Shown here piece after piece: positions 32,580 through 42,861 of a DNA stretch of 64,000 bases (its first letter is position 1; each line of letters starts with the position of its first letter). The stretch comes from an uncultured delta proteobacterium (lineage in GTDB: Bacteria; Myxococcota; Myxococcia; Myxococcales; Myxococcaceae). A model generated the notes under the pieces. That model worked only from the letters and a program-made list of their open reading frames with translations, had not been told where the DNA came from and ran no database searches. Both the position numbers and the translations under genes were made by a program. The stretch spans positions 128,001-192,000 of the forward strand of contig CAVZMH010000016.1 of NCBI GenBank assembly GCA_963776345.1, in the 5' to 3' direction.

Positions 32580-32625
32580 GTGTCCTCTCGCCGGGGCTCG
32601 AAGCCCGCCCGGCAGGGGTCCGATG

Positions 32626-32970
32626 TCAGGCCGCCGCGATCTTCGCGATGGCGGCAAAGCCCTGCGGATCGGCGACGGCGATGTCGGCCAGCACCTTTCG
32701 GTCCAGCGCCACCTGCGCCTTGCTCAGCCCGGCGATGAGCCGGCTGTAGCTCAGGCCCGACAGCCGGGCCGCGGCGTTGATCCGGACGATCCACAGCGCG
32801 CGGAAGTCGCGCTTCTTCCGGGCCCGGTCACGGCTGGCGTAGTCCAGCGCGCGCTCCACGGCCTGGTTCGCCCGCTTGTAGCAGTTCTTCCGCCGGCCCC
32901 TGAACCCCTTGGCCAGCTTGAGAATCCGGTTGCGGCGACGGCGCGCCTTGAAACCCTTCTTGACCCGCAT
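32626..32970 (-). CDS. rplT: 50S ribosomal protein L20
   Basis: [40 protein letters not shown]. Confidence 0.98.
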   Translation of the reverse strand: MRVKKGFKARRRRNRILKLAKGFRGRRKNCYKRANQAVERALDYASRDRARKKRDFRALWIVRINAAARLSGLSYSRLIAGLSKAQVALDRKVLADIAVADPQGFAAIAKIAAA

Positions 32971-32979
32971 GGCTCGTCC

Positions 32980-33189
32980 TCAGTTCGCCCCGTAGGGGAA
33001 CAGCTCCTTGATGACCTTCTTCGCGTCCATGTCGCGAAGGTGGCCGGTGCCGCGGTTGCGGCGATCGTTGTTGGCGGTCTTGGAGAAGGTGAACAGGTGC
33101 TTGGCGTAGGCCTTGCCGTGCTTCACCTTGCCCGACTTCTTCACCTGGAACCGCTTCTTCGCCCCGCTCCGCGTCTTCATCTTCGGCAT
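32980..33189 (-). CDS. rpmI: 50S ribosomal protein L35
   Basis: MPKMKTRSGAKKRF; GAGGAG RBS. Confidence 0.97.
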   Translation of the reverse strand: MPKMKTRSGAKKRFQVKKSGKVKHGKAYAKHLFTFSKTANNDRRNRGTGHLRDMDAKKVIKELFPYGAN

Positions 33190-33200
33190 CGCTCGACTCC

Positions 33201-33842
33201 TCAAACCTGTCCTGGCCCCGCGGGGGGGGCCTTGGTTGCCGCCTCCGCCGCAGGGGGAGTCGGCTCTGCCTTCCGTTCCGCTTCCAGCTGCGCCGCCCGT
33301 TGCCTGGCGAGGTCCCGCGCCCGCTGGGCGACCTTGGGATTGGGAGCGAGGATCATGAACATCTGCCGGCCTTCCATGCGGGGCACCTGCTCCACCACGC
33401 CCACTTCCTTCACGTCCTTGATGACGTCGTCGAGCAGCGCCTGGCCGAGCTCCTTGTGGGTGATCTCCCGGCCCCGGAACATGATGGTGATCCGCGCCTT
33501 GTTCCCCTCCTCGAGGAAGCGCTTCACGTTGCGGACCTTGAACTCGTAGTCGTGCTCCTCCGTCTTCGGCCGCATCTTCACCTCCTTGAGGTGAACCACG
33601 ACCTGCTTCTTCTTCGCCTCCGATGCCCGCTTCTTCTCCTCGTACTTGAAGCGGCCGTAATCCATGATCTTGCAGACCGGAGGCTTGGCCATCGGGTTGA
33701 CCTCGACGAGGTCCATCCCGAACTGATTGGCCTGCTCCAGTGCCGCTTCGATCGTCAGGACACCCAGCTGCTCGCCAGCAGGCCCGACCACGCGCACTTC
33801 ACGGGCGCGGATCCGCCGGTTCGTTCTCTGGTCGCGAGCGAT
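33201..33842 (-). CDS. infC: Translation initiation factor IF-3 with non-canonical ATC start and C-terminal extension
   Basis: GGAGGT RBS, 8 nt spacer, then ATC GCT CGC GAC CAG AGA ACG AAC (xARDQRTNRRIRAREVRVV); PPVCKIMDYG, KEVKMRP, MFRGRE. Confidence 0.93.
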   Translation of the reverse strand: MARDQRTNRRIRAREVRVVGPAGEQLGVLTIEAALEQANQFGMDLVEVNPMAKPPVCKIMDYGRFKYEEKKRASEAKKKQVVVHLKEVKMRPKTEEHDYEFKVRNVKRFLEEGNKARITIMFRGREITHKELGQALLDDVIKDVKEVGVVEQVPRMEGRQMFMILAPNPKVAQRARDLARQRAAQLEAERKAEPTPPAAEAATKAPPAGPGQV

Positions 33843-33905
33843 GTGAGTCGACCTCCAGCTGGGGGATGCCTGCCCGGGCGGGCGCAGGGGTCCAAAGGGC
33901 GGGGC

Positions 33906-33933
33906 AAGATACTTACCTGACGCCCCAAGTCAA
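33906..33933 (-). promoter_or_regulatory. Candidate sigma-70 promoter of infC-rpmI-rplT
   Basis: TTGACT-N16-TATCTT. Confidence 0.5.
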
Positions 33934-33999
33934 GCGACGCCCCCGGCCAGGCGAGGACCTCACCTTCATAGCGCCGAAAGGGGCACACTGCCCGGCGCG

Positions 34000-35700
34000 A
34001 TGCGTGTCCTTCTCCCCCTGCTCCTGGCCGGGTGGACGGTGTCGGCGGCCCCCCCGTCCCGTGGGGACACCTCGGTGGGCCTGTTACTCCACGACTCCTG
34101 TGCCGGGCCCAAGGCGGAGGCGTGCAACCGGCTGGGGCGGATGTTCATGCCCGGGTTCGTGACCCGGAACGAGCTGAAGGCGCTCCGGGCGTCCAAGGCC
34201 TACTGCGAGCTGCTCGGGACACCCTGGGAGTGCCTCGACGCCCGCGAGCGGGTGCTGCGCCAGCGCCCACCGGACCTGGCGGCGGCGGCGAGCCTGGCCT
34301 CCGGAGCGTGCAGCTCGGGCTCGCCCCGGGGCTGCGTCCTCTGGGCGGAGGCGCTGGGGTGTGGCCGCGGTGTCCCGGCGGACGTGAAGAAGGGGCTCGC
34401 GGTGCTCCGGCGACAGTGCGAGCAGGGCCCGCAGGCCTGTCTCGAGCTGGCGGCATGGCTCGACGTCCCGGGCGCTCACGCGGCCCTGGCCGGCTCGCCG
34501 GCGAAGCCGAACGCGACCTACGCCGCGGCGCAGATCGCGCTCTTCAACGACCGGGTGGACCGCGCCGCCCAGCTGCTGGCCTCCTTGCCCAAGGCGGCCT
34601 CTCCCTGGCCGGAGCGGCGGGCCTTCCTCTCGGCGATGATCGCCCTCGCCCGGAAGGACGACGCAGGATTCCGGGCCTCGGTGGCGCAGCTCCGGAAGCT
34701 GAAGCCGGACGAGCCCGTGGCCCGCATCCTCGGCAGGCTGGTCTCCGCGAACCTCGCCGCTGGCTGGATGCCGGCGCTGATCTCGGCATGGACCGAGGAG
34801 CGAAAGCCCGAGCTGCGGAGTGATCCGTTCCTGCTCCCCTGGTTCGAGCCGCAGTCGACCTGCGTCCCCGGGGAGCGGGACCTCCGGACCGCCGACCCTG
34901 CCGAGTCGGTGGAGGCCTTCGTCACGGCGCTCGCGCACCGCCTCCAGGAGTGGCCGCGGCCACCGCCCCCGGCGGCGCTGCTCGATGCGGCGCGCACGCA
35001 GGCCGGGGTGTCCGACGACGGCGTGCGGTTGATCGCGGTGTCGCTGCTGGTCGAGCCCTTCCTCTCGCCGGAGCAGCGGGAGCGGTCGCGCCCGGTGGCG
35101 ACGGGGGCGCTGTCGGCGCTGGCCGGTGCGAACCCGGCGGATGCGTTCCTCCAGCTCGCGGCGCTGGCGGGGCCGGATCCGGAGACGGCGCCGGTGGGGA
35201 TCCCGGCGCTCGACCGGCTCGAGCGGGTGGCGAAGGCGGACGCGCTGCGCTTTCCAGGGCTGCTGCTCCGCGAGACGCTCGAGCGGACGCTCCGGCCGGA
35301 AGACTTCCGCGACCTCGGGCTGAGCACGGCGGTGCAGGTGGTGCTCGACGTCGACCTCGAGCGGTACCTGGAGCGCGTGCTCAACGAGGCCGGGGAGCCG
35401 GACCGGCGGGTGGCCGTGGTGCGGACGCTGGGCTGGCAGATGTCCCGGAGCGGCTGGCTGGTCCACCTCTTCACCGGCGCCAGGCTCCTGGCCCTGGTGG
35501 CCGAGCGAACCGGAAGCGACGCCGACCGGGCGATGGCCGCGTCGACGCTGGCGCGGGGGCGGCGGCTGTGGAGCGGGTGGGCGGTGCTCCCGCGGATCGG
35601 GCGCTGGCCGGTGTCCGCGCTCCCGGACGAGCTGCGGGCGCGCGGCTTCGAGGACGAGGTGGGCGTGCTGGAGCGCTACGCGGCGATGGGCGCGGAGTGA
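34000..35700 (+). CDS. Exported protein with Cys-rich Sel1-like repeats and helical C-terminal region
   Basis: Signal peptide; AC..LG, AC..G...GC...A...G.GVPADVKKG...L..QC..G..AC..LA patterns. Confidence 0.65.
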   Translation: MRVLLPLLLAGWTVSAAPPSRGDTSVGLLLHDSCAGPKAEACNRLGRMFMPGFVTRNELKALRASKAYCELLGTPWECLDARERVLRQRPPDLAAAASLASGACSSGSPRGCVLWAEALGCGRGVPADVKKGLAVLRRQCEQGPQACLELAAWLDVPGAHAALAGSPAKPNATYAAAQIALFNDRVDRAAQLLASLPKAASPWPERRAFLSAMIALARKDDAGFRASVAQLRKLKPDEPVARILGRLVSANLAAGWMPALISAWTEERKPELRSDPFLLPWFEPQSTCVPGERDLRTADPAESVEAFVTALAHRLQEWPRPPPPAALLDAARTQAGVSDDGVRLIAVSLLVEPFLSPEQRERSRPVATGALSALAGANPADAFLQLAALAGPDPETAPVGIPALDRLERVAKADALRFPGLLLRETLERTLRPEDFRDLGLSTAVQVVLDVDLERYLERVLNEAGEPDRRVAVVRTLGWQMSRSGWLVHLFTGARLLALVAERTGSDADRAMAASTLARGRRLWSGWAVLPRIGRWPVSALPDELRARGFEDEVGVLERYAAMGAE

Positions 35701-35701
35701 G

Positions 35702-37630
35702 CTAAGGCGCGGCGCCTTCCCTGGAGAGCAGCTCGAGGAAGGCATCGAGCGGCATGGACTTGAGATCTTCGCCGCCGTAGCGCCGGGGGGCGACGGCGCG
35801 CTGCTCGACCTCGCGGTCGCCCATGACCAGGGTGAAGGGAATCTTCTGGAGCTGGGCCTCGCGGATCTTGGCGTTCATGGTCATGCCGCGATCATCCAGC
35901 TCGGCGCGGAAGCCCCGCGAGCGGAGCAGCTCGAGGACCTCGCGGGCGTACGGCAGCTGCCGGTCGGCCACGGTGACCAGCGCGACCTGGATCGGGGCGA
36001 GCCAGGTGGGGAACGCGCCAGCGTAGTGCTCGACCAGGATGGCGATGAAGCGCTCGAAGCTGCCGTAGATGGCGCGGTGGAGGACCACCGGGCGGTGCTC
36101 GGCGTTGTCCTCGCCGACGTAGGCGAGCTCGAACCGCTCGGGCGCGTTGTAGTCGGCCTGGATGGTGCCGAGCTGCCAGGTCCGGCCGATGCTGTCCTTC
36201 ACGTGGAAGTCGAGCTTCGGGCCGTAGAAGGCGCCGTCCCCGGGGTTCTGCTCGTACTCGATGCTCAGCGACTTCACCGCGGACTCGAGCGCGGCCTCGG
36301 CGCGGTCCCAGAGCGCGTCGTCGCCGATGCGCTGGGGTGGCCGGGTGCCGAACTTGGCGACGTAGGTGAGGCCGAACGCGACGTAGACCTGGTCGAGGAG
36401 CTGGATGAAGCGCTTCACCTCGTCGGCGAGCTGCCCCTCGGTGCAGTAGATGTGCGCGTCGTCCTGGGCGAACTGCCGGACGCGGGTGAGGCCGCTGAGG
36501 CTGCCCGACGCCTCGTTCCGGTGCAGCACGTCCTGGGTCGAGAAGCGCAGCGGCAGCTCGCGGTAGCTGTGCTTCCGGGAGGCGAAGTACAGGTGGTGCG
36601 AGGGGCAGTTCATCGGCTTCAGGCTGAAGTCGTGCTCGCCGGTCTCGTTGTCGAGGACCAGGAACATGTTCTCGCGGTACTTGCCCCAGTGCCCGCTCTT
36701 CTCCCAGAGGGCCTTGTTGTAGAGGAGCGGGGTCTTGATCTCCTGGTAGCCGTTCTCCCGGGTCCACCGGCGCATCCGGTCGGCGAGCACCTGGTAGAGG
36801 ACGGTCCCCTTCGGGCTCCAGAAGGCGGCCCCGGGCGCCTCGGGGAAGAACTCGAACAGGTCGAGCTCGCGGCCGAGCTTCCGGTGATCGCGCTTCTTCG
36901 CCTGTTCCTGGAGGTTCAGCCAGGCATCGAGCTCCTTCCTGTCGAAGAAGGCGGTGCCGTAGATGCGCTGGAGCATCGGGTTGCGGTGATCGCCGCGCCA
37001 GTACGCGCCGCTGGTGCTGAGCAGCTTGATGGCGCCGATCTTCCCGGTCGAGGGGCCGTGGGGGCCGAGGCAGAAGTCAACCCAGTCGCCGTGCCGGTAG
37101 AGCGTCAGCGTCGTGGCGCCCTTGGCGACGATGTCCTCGATGATCTCCACCTTGAACTTCTCGCCCTTGGACTGGAAGAGATGGATGGCGTCGGCGACGT
37201 TCACCTCCTCGCGGACGAAGGGGAGGTTCTTGGCGATCTCCTTGTTCGCCTCCTCCTCGATGGCCTGGAGCTCCTCCGGGGTGAAGGGCTTGTCGCGGAA
37301 GAAGTCGTAGTAGAAGCCGCCCTCGATCGTCGGGCCGATGGTGACCTGGGTCCCGGGGAAGAGCTTTTGGACCGCGCTGGCGACGACGTGAGCCGCGTCG
37401 TGGCGGATGGTGTCCAGGGCCTCGGGGGCCTTGGAGGTGAGGATCTCCAGCTTCCCGTTCTCGGTCAGCGGCCGGGTGAGATCGATCTCCTTGCCGTTGA
37501 AGCGGGCGAGGACGGCCGCCTTGGCCAGGCCGGGACCGATGGACTCCTTGACGAAGTCCCCGACGCGGATGCCGGCCGGAGCAGCCTTGGTGCTGCCGTC
37601 CGGGAGGGTGATCTGGATCGAGTCCGCCAT
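35702..37630 (-). CDS. thrS: Threonine--tRNA ligase
   Basis: TGS domain [55 protein letters not shown]. Confidence 0.98.
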   Translation of the reverse strand: MADSIQITLPDGSTKAAPAGIRVGDFVKESIGPGLAKAAVLARFNGKEIDLTRPLTENGKLEILTSKAPEALDTIRHDAAHVVASAVQKLFPGTQVTIGPTIEGGFYYDFFRDKPFTPEELQAIEEEANKEIAKNLPFVREEVNVADAIHLFQSKGEKFKVEIIEDIVAKGATTLTLYRHGDWVDFCLGPHGPSTGKIGAIKLLSTSGAYWRGDHRNPMLQRIYGTAFFDRKELDAWLNLQEQAKKRDHRKLGRELDLFEFFPEAPGAAFWSPKGTVLYQVLADRMRRWTRENGYQEIKTPLLYNKALWEKSGHWGKYRENMFLVLDNETGEHDFSLKPMNCPSHHLYFASRKHSYRELPLRFSTQDVLHRNEASGSLSGLTRVRQFAQDDAHIYCTEGQLADEVKRFIQLLDQVYVAFGLTYVAKFGTRPPQRIGDDALWDRAEAALESAVKSLSIEYEQNPGDGAFYGPKLDFHVKDSIGRTWQLGTIQADYNAPERFELAYVGEDNAEHRPVVLHRAIYGSFERFIAILVEHYAGAFPTWLAPIQVALVTVADRQLPYAREVLELLRSRGFRAELDDRGMTMNAKIREAQLQKIPFTLVMGDREVEQRAVAPRRYGGEDLKSMPLDAFLELLSREGAAP

Positions 37631-37669
37631 GGAGGGCGGATACCTACGAGAAACACGGGGCTGGCGCCA

Positions 37670-38041
37670 CTACGAGTCGTGGCTCGCCGCTCGCGAATTG
37701 ACCCCAAGGCGCGCCCGCGCCTCGAGGCACGGTGCGCTGCCCGGCTCGAGTGCGCGGCACAGCATGGGCCGATCTTCGTAGACGGCGCAGAGGAATCGGT
37801 TCGGTACGGCGGTGCGCAGCGCGCTGCAGTGTCCGTGCGTCATCTTCATGAAGCGCCTCGGCTCCGACTCTCGGCCGAAGCTCGCCGGGATCTCACCGGA
37901 GGCCGGGGCCACGAACTCGGCCGTTCGTGCCGTGCCCAGCCTCGCGACGTCATCGGGGAAGACCTGCACGTAGTCGCGCTTTCCGAAGCAGCAGGCGCCG
38001 CAGGTCGTGCAGTCGTAGGTTTCGCCCAAGGTCGAGTACAT
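37670..38041 (-). CDS. YkgJ-family Cys-cluster (CxxCxxCC) protein
   Basis: CTTCGACC, C.AL, CAVYEDRP.LCR. Confidence 0.8.
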   Translation of the reverse strand: MYSTLGETYDCTTCGACCFGKRDYVQVFPDDVARLGTARTAEFVAPASGEIPASFGRESEPRRFMKMTHGHCSALRTAVPNRFLCAVYEDRPMLCRALEPGSAPCLEARARLGVNSRAASHDS

Positions 38042-38100
38042 AACCGGGACGAGCGCCAGCGCGCTTCGTCAGCCAGCTCGCCACCCTCTCACAAATCTTG

Positions 38101-38172
<72 letters not shown>

Positions 38173-38231
38173 CGAAGAGGCAGGGGAAATACCTGGCCGC
38201 CCCCCGGGGGTGTCAAGCGACGCGGCTCAGC

Positions 38232-38699
38232 TCACGCCCGCTCGACCCGGGCCGCGTAGCAGCCCCGACCGGCGTTGTGGACGTGGAGGTACGCCGTCCC
38301 GGGCATCGCGAGCAACCGCTCGAAGACCGGAGCTGCCTCCCGCCCCTTCACCACCACCCCGTCGAGCATCTGGCCGGCCTGGTCGAACGCCCGGACCGAG
38401 AGCGTCCGCCGCGCGAGCACCTCGGGCACCTCGTCGATCCCGGGACGGGCCTCCTCCGCGCCGTCCTCGACGAAGATGGCGTGCGAGGAGCGGTACGGCG
38501 TCGCCGCGGGCTGGTGCTCGAAGTTCAGGAGCAGCATCCGGGTGCCGGGCTCTGCGTCGCGGAGCGAGACGCGGCAGGGGAAGCCGGGGACGGCGTCGGC
38601 GAGCTTCACCTCGATGCCTCGCGCGGCGAGCTCCCGGTCCGACAGCCCGTAGAGGGAACGGAACAGCGACGACGGCAGACCCACGACCCGAAATGCCAC
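38232..38699 (-). CDS. DUF1203 family protein
   Basis: GFPCRVSLRDAEPG..LLLNFEHQP..TPYRSSHAIFV, YLHVHNA.RGCYAARVER; AGGAGG RBS before GTG. Confidence 0.85.
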   Translation of the reverse strand: MAFRVVGLPSSLFRSLYGLSDRELAARGIEVKLADAVPGFPCRVSLRDAEPGTRMLLLNFEHQPAATPYRSSHAIFVEDGAEEARPGIDEVPEVLARRTLSVRAFDQAGQMLDGVVVKGREAAPVFERLLAMPGTAYLHVHNAGRGCYAARVERA

Positions 38700-38807
38700 G
38701 GCGTCCCTCCTGCTCAGGTTCGCCCAGGAGAGTGTCCGAGAAGCATCCACCGGGCGTCCCGGTTCCTGCGCTCGAATGCTCGTCGGAGGGCGACACGGCG
38801 TCGGAGG

Positions 38808-39551
38808 TCAGACCGTCAGCTCGACCGCGCGACGCAGGACCTGGTCGAACATCGCCGGCGTCAACCGGCCGGTCTGCGTGTTCTGCTGGCTCACGTGGTA
38901 CGCGCCGAGGAGAGTCGGAGCTCCATCGAGCGATACCTCCGCCCCGTGCGCGAAGCGGGGCGCGGGCCGCGGGACGACCACGCCCTGTGCGCGCAGCACC
39001 CCGAGCACCGCCCCCCAGGCGATCGCCCCGAGCGCGAGCACCACCCGCGGCCGCAGCAGCTCCAGCTCGCGGGCGAGCCACGGCGCGCAGCGGGCGAGCT
39101 CGTCGGGACGCGGCGCATTGGCCGGCGGCGCGCACCGGGCGGACAGCGTCACCCACGCTCGCCGGAGAACGAGCCCGTCGCCACGCGACTCGCTCCGGCC
39201 CTGATTCGCCAGCCCGGCCCGGTGCAGCGCCGCGTACAGGAAGTCACCCGACCGGTCGCCGGTGAAGACACGCCCCGTGCGGTTTCCACCGTGCGCCGCC
39301 GGCGCGAGGCCCACGATCACCAGCCGCGCCCGCGGATCCCCCCACCCGGGGACCGGCCGGGCCCAGTACGTCCAGTCCCGGAAGGCCCGGCGCTTCACCC
39401 GGCCCACCTCCTCGCGCCAGCGCACCAGCCGGGGACACGCCACGCAGCCCAGGATCCGATGCTCCAGCACGTCGAGCGAGCCGCACCGGGGCGCCGCCGA
39501 GGCGGGGCTCCGGACCGCCCCGGGCGAGCGGATGGCCGACCGCGCGCTCAT
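38808..39551 (-). CDS. Uracil-DNA glycosylase family 5 (UdgB-like, Fe-S)
   Basis: C..CPRL, GLAPAAHGGNRTGRVFTGD, RCAPP.N.P...E...C, YHVSQQNT.TGRLT. Confidence 0.92.
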   Translation of the reverse strand: MSARSAIRSPGAVRSPASAAPRCGSLDVLEHRILGCVACPRLVRWREEVGRVKRRAFRDWTYWARPVPGWGDPRARLVIVGLAPAAHGGNRTGRVFTGDRSGDFLYAALHRAGLANQGRSESRGDGLVLRRAWVTLSARCAPPANAPRPDELARCAPWLARELELLRPRVVLALGAIAWGAVLGVLRAQGVVVPRPAPRFAHGAEVSLDGAPTLLGAYHVSQQNTQTGRLTPAMFDQVLRRAVELTV

Positions 39552-39602
39552 GGGCCTCCGCACCTCGAACGCCAGCCGCCAGCCCGGGCGACCGCGTCCA
39601 GA

Positions 39603-39720
39603 GCACAAGACGCTATAGCAACCACGCTGCCACCGAGCGTGAAGCGGGAACGACGATTCAGCCACTTGCGACGGCTCGGTTCGCACTCCCAGTCATCGAA
39701 ATTGCTATAGCGTCTTGAGC
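39603..39720. repeat. 118-bp intergenic element with 19-bp terminal inverted repeats (16 bp perfect)
   Basis: CAAGACGCTATAGCAA (39606-39621) / TTGCTATAGCGTCTTG (39702-39717); inner pair ACCGAGC (39632-38) / GCTCGGT (39674-80). Confidence 0.85.
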
Positions 39721-39810
39721 GCGGGGAGCAGGCTCCCCCGGCCGCTCCCCACCTCAGAGTGCCCACCGAGGCGCGCTCGATCCGCGAGCCGCCGTCTCCC
39801 CGGGAGCGAG

Positions 39811-40614
39811 TCACGGGCCCCCGTCGCTCCGTGTTCCGGCGGCCATGTTCGACGTGGCCGGCGCGTTCGGAGTCGCGGCCTCGAGCTGATCCAGCAACCG
39901 CCGCGCCGCATCCGCCCGCGCGAGCTCCTCGCCCACCTCGACCCGCAGCTCTACGTCCGGATGCACGAGCAGGACGGCGTGCACGGCGCCGGCATCCGCC
40001 ACTGCCGGCACCTCCACCCGGAGCGGCAGTCCGCAGACCCCGTCCGCAGTCACCCCGGCGAGCGGCGCCCGGATCCGCACCCGTGTGTGCGCCGGCACCG
40101 CCCCGCACTCGACCGGGGCACCGGGAACCCCGGAGAGCTCCACCCCGGAGAACGCCCGCGCCCGCGTCCACTCCTCGCGCTCGGGCCACCCGCCCCTGCT
40201 CCACCGCACCGCCACCGGTCGCAGCACCCGGAGCCGCGCCGCGAGCTCCTCGGTGAACGGCCCATCGACGTCGACCGCCAGCCGCCCGGGCGACCAGCGG
40301 CGCACCCGGGCCACGTCGAGCCCGCGCTCCTCGACCCACGGCCCCACCCGGCCCACGAACGGCGCGAGCGCCGGAGCGCCGAGTGGCGCACGCACCTGAA
40401 CGAAGGCCGAGCCCGCGAGCTGCAGCGTCTCCTCCGTGGACCGCCGGAGGCCGTTGCTCCGTGTCCGCACCCAGAGCACCACCTCGGGCCGGGCCAGGGC
40501 CCGCAGCCGGTCCGGGTCCAGCTCCTCGGAGACCTCGACGTGCATCCGGAACCCCGGCAAGGCCAGCTCCGAGGGCCCGGCCGCGAGCACCAGAGCCAGC
40601 GCCACCCAGCTCAC
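39811..40614 (-). CDS. Hypothetical exported protein
   Basis: GTG start overlapping the upstream stop (GTGA); N-terminal hydrophobic signal WVALALVLAA. Confidence 0.6.
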   Translation of the reverse strand: MSWVALALVLAAGPSELALPGFRMHVEVSEELDPDRLRALARPEVVLWVRTRSNGLRRSTEETLQLAGSAFVQVRAPLGAPALAPFVGRVGPWVEERGLDVARVRRWSPGRLAVDVDGPFTEELAARLRVLRPVAVRWSRGGWPEREEWTRARAFSGVELSGVPGAPVECGAVPAHTRVRIRAPLAGVTADGVCGLPLRVEVPAVADAGAVHAVLLVHPDVELRVEVGEELARADAARRLLDQLEAATPNAPATSNMAAGTRSDGGP

Positions 40615-41183
40615 GGGGGTGCCCGCCGCGCCGGAGCCACCCAGAGGTGCCCCCAGCGCAGGAAGTACTGCGCGGTGCTGATCGCCACGCACAGGCCAGT
40701 GAAGTAGCCGGAGACCAGAAACCAGGCGTGCAGCAGCGGCGAGTCGCTGAACGTCAGGTCCATCAGCCCGAGCACCAGGAAGCAGGTCAGCGCGAACGTC
40801 GCGTACTTGCCCACCCGGGACGGGGCCGCGGGCATCTCCAGCCCCTTGCGCTTCACCATCGCCGCGCCGGCGGCAATCGAGCCGTCGCGGAAGGCGATCA
40901 GGAGCACCATCCACAGCGGCGCCTCGTGCTCGAGGAAGAGCATGATCAACGCCGCGCCGGTGAGCAGCTTGTCCGCCAGCGGATCCAGGAAGGCGCCGAG
41001 CTTCGTCCGCTGATGGAGCAGTCGCGCCAGGAGGCCGTCCAGCGAGTCGGTCAACGCGGCGGCGAGGAAGAGAGCCAGGGCCCAGCCCGGCCTACCGCCC
41101 AGATGGAGCGCCACGAACACCGGCACAGCCAGCAGGCGCAGATAGGTCAGGAGATTCGGGACAGTCCACGCGTCCGCGGGCAC
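40611..41183 (-). CDS. CDP-alcohol phosphatidyltransferase (PgsA-like)
   Basis: PNLLTYLR, AALTDSLDGLLAR....TKLGAFLDPLADKLL. Confidence 0.93.
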   Translation of the reverse strand: MPADAWTVPNLLTYLRLLAVPVFVALHLGGRPGWALALFLAAALTDSLDGLLARLLHQRTKLGAFLDPLADKLLTGAALIMLFLEHEAPLWMVLLIAFRDGSIAAGAAMVKRKGLEMPAAPSRVGKYATFALTCFLVLGLMDLTFSDSPLLHAWFLVSGYFTGLCVAISTAQYFLRWGHLWVAPARRAPP

Positions 41184-41251
41184 GAGCAGTACAGATTAGC
41201 AGGGCATCGCCAGGCGCTCCCGCAACGATGTGGCGTGGCGAGCCTCATCCG

Positions 41252-42839
41252 ATGAGACAACCGTTCCCTCGAAAGGACGCTCATTCCGTGCGTGGTCTCC
41301 TCGTCGTCGCAGCGCTGACCCTTCTCCAGGCGTGCGGAGCCTCGAACGCGCCCGGAGCTCCGGGACCCAGCGCAGGTGGCCCCGACGCCGGTGGGCCAGG
41401 GGCAGCGCTGCTCACCGTCTCGCCGCAGTCCCAGCGGCTCGTCGCCGGCTCCGCCGCGGTGAGCATCACCGCCACCCTCACCGGCGACAGCGGACCCATC
41501 ACCTGGGCCCTCACCGGGCCCGGGACGCTGGGGGCGACCACCGGCACGGCGACCACCTATGCCCCGCCGGCGACCGTCCAGGCGGAGACCACGGCGACCG
41601 TGACCGCCAGCGCCGGCCCGGGGCTGACCGCCTCGGTGACCGTCACCATCGTGCCCGCCTCGGCGATGGACGTCACCGGCCGGGTGGTGGGTACGGCCGG
41701 GAGCGGGCTCCAGGGGCTGACGGTGGCCATCGGAGACAGCACCGCGCTGACCGGGGCGGACGGGCGCTTCTCGATCCCCGGAGTCAATCCGCCCTACGAC
41801 CTCACCGTCGTGCTCTCCGGCACCCCCCTCTACGCCGGGAGGTACGAGGGGCTGACCCGCCCCGACCCCACCCTGGTGTTCCTCTACCTCGTCAACTCTG
41901 GCGAGCCGAACACCGCGACCGTCTCGGGAACCGTCTCCGGCGGGGACCCGGTCGGAACGGCGGGGGAGTTCACCGCGGCCGTCTTCACCTTCTCGGCCGG
42001 GGTCTTCGACCTCGACGCGATCGGCATCACCGAGCGCAACAACCCCTTCACCCTCCCGCTCTCCTGGTTCGGTCCGGAGTCCACCGTCGGCAACCTCCAT
42101 GTGCTGCAATGGAAGAGCCCGCGGCCCGGGACCCCTCCCACCGAGTACACCGGCTACGGAGTCCCAGAGCGCGATCGCCGTCACGCGCGGAATGTCCCTC
42201 GAGGGCGCGAACGTCACCATGACCGCCCCCACGACCGGCTCCATCGCCGGATCCATCGTCCCGCCGGCCGGCTACACCGTGGAGAGCAAGTTTCTGGGCC
42301 TCGAGCTCGACGGCCTCACCGCGGTCCCGCTCGGACACGTGGACACGGACGCCACCGACTTCCAGTTCGCGGTGCCCGGCGGCATCCCGGCCACCGCGGC
42401 AGTCACCGTCTCCGCCCAGCGCCTCGGGGCCGGCACCACCTCCCGCCGCCTCTCCGGCCTCTTGCCCGGGCAGGTGGGCCTCTCGCTCGAGCTCCCCACG
42501 CCGGCCCTGCCCACCTCGCCCGCCGACGGGACCACCGGCGTGAGCGGCACGACCGATTTCACCTGGACCCCCTTCCAGAACGGGGTCCACTTCGTCCTCT
42601 TCAACGGCGGACCCACGTTTCCCAGCTTCTACGTCGTCACCGCCCGGACGACGGCCCACATTCCGGTCGCCCCGGCGCTCGGCGTGGGTCTGCCGCGCGG
42701 CGCGAGCTACACCTGGTTCGTCGCCGGCTTCGGCCCCTTCGCCAGCGTCGACGCCTTCACCGGAGGGGTCCACCTCTTCCCTCCCCTGGGAGAGACCGTG
42801 CAGTCGGTGAGCGAGCCGCACGGCTTCGTCACCGAGTAG
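41252..42839 (+). pseudogene. Ig-like/carboxypeptidase-regulatory-like lipoprotein, frameshifted (pseudogene or sequencing error)
   Basis: Lipobox LQAC; beta-rich Thr/Gly/Pro sequence continues in the next frame after an extra C near 42163 (GYGV|QSAIAV); paralog of 20963..21961. Confidence 0.7.
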
Positions 42840-42861
42840 GGCGGCCTGGCCGGCGCCCCCG

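Noticed and set aside
32526..32625. pheM-type attenuator leader upstream of pheS
   Set aside because: A hairpin is present, but no Phe-rich leader peptide was found.
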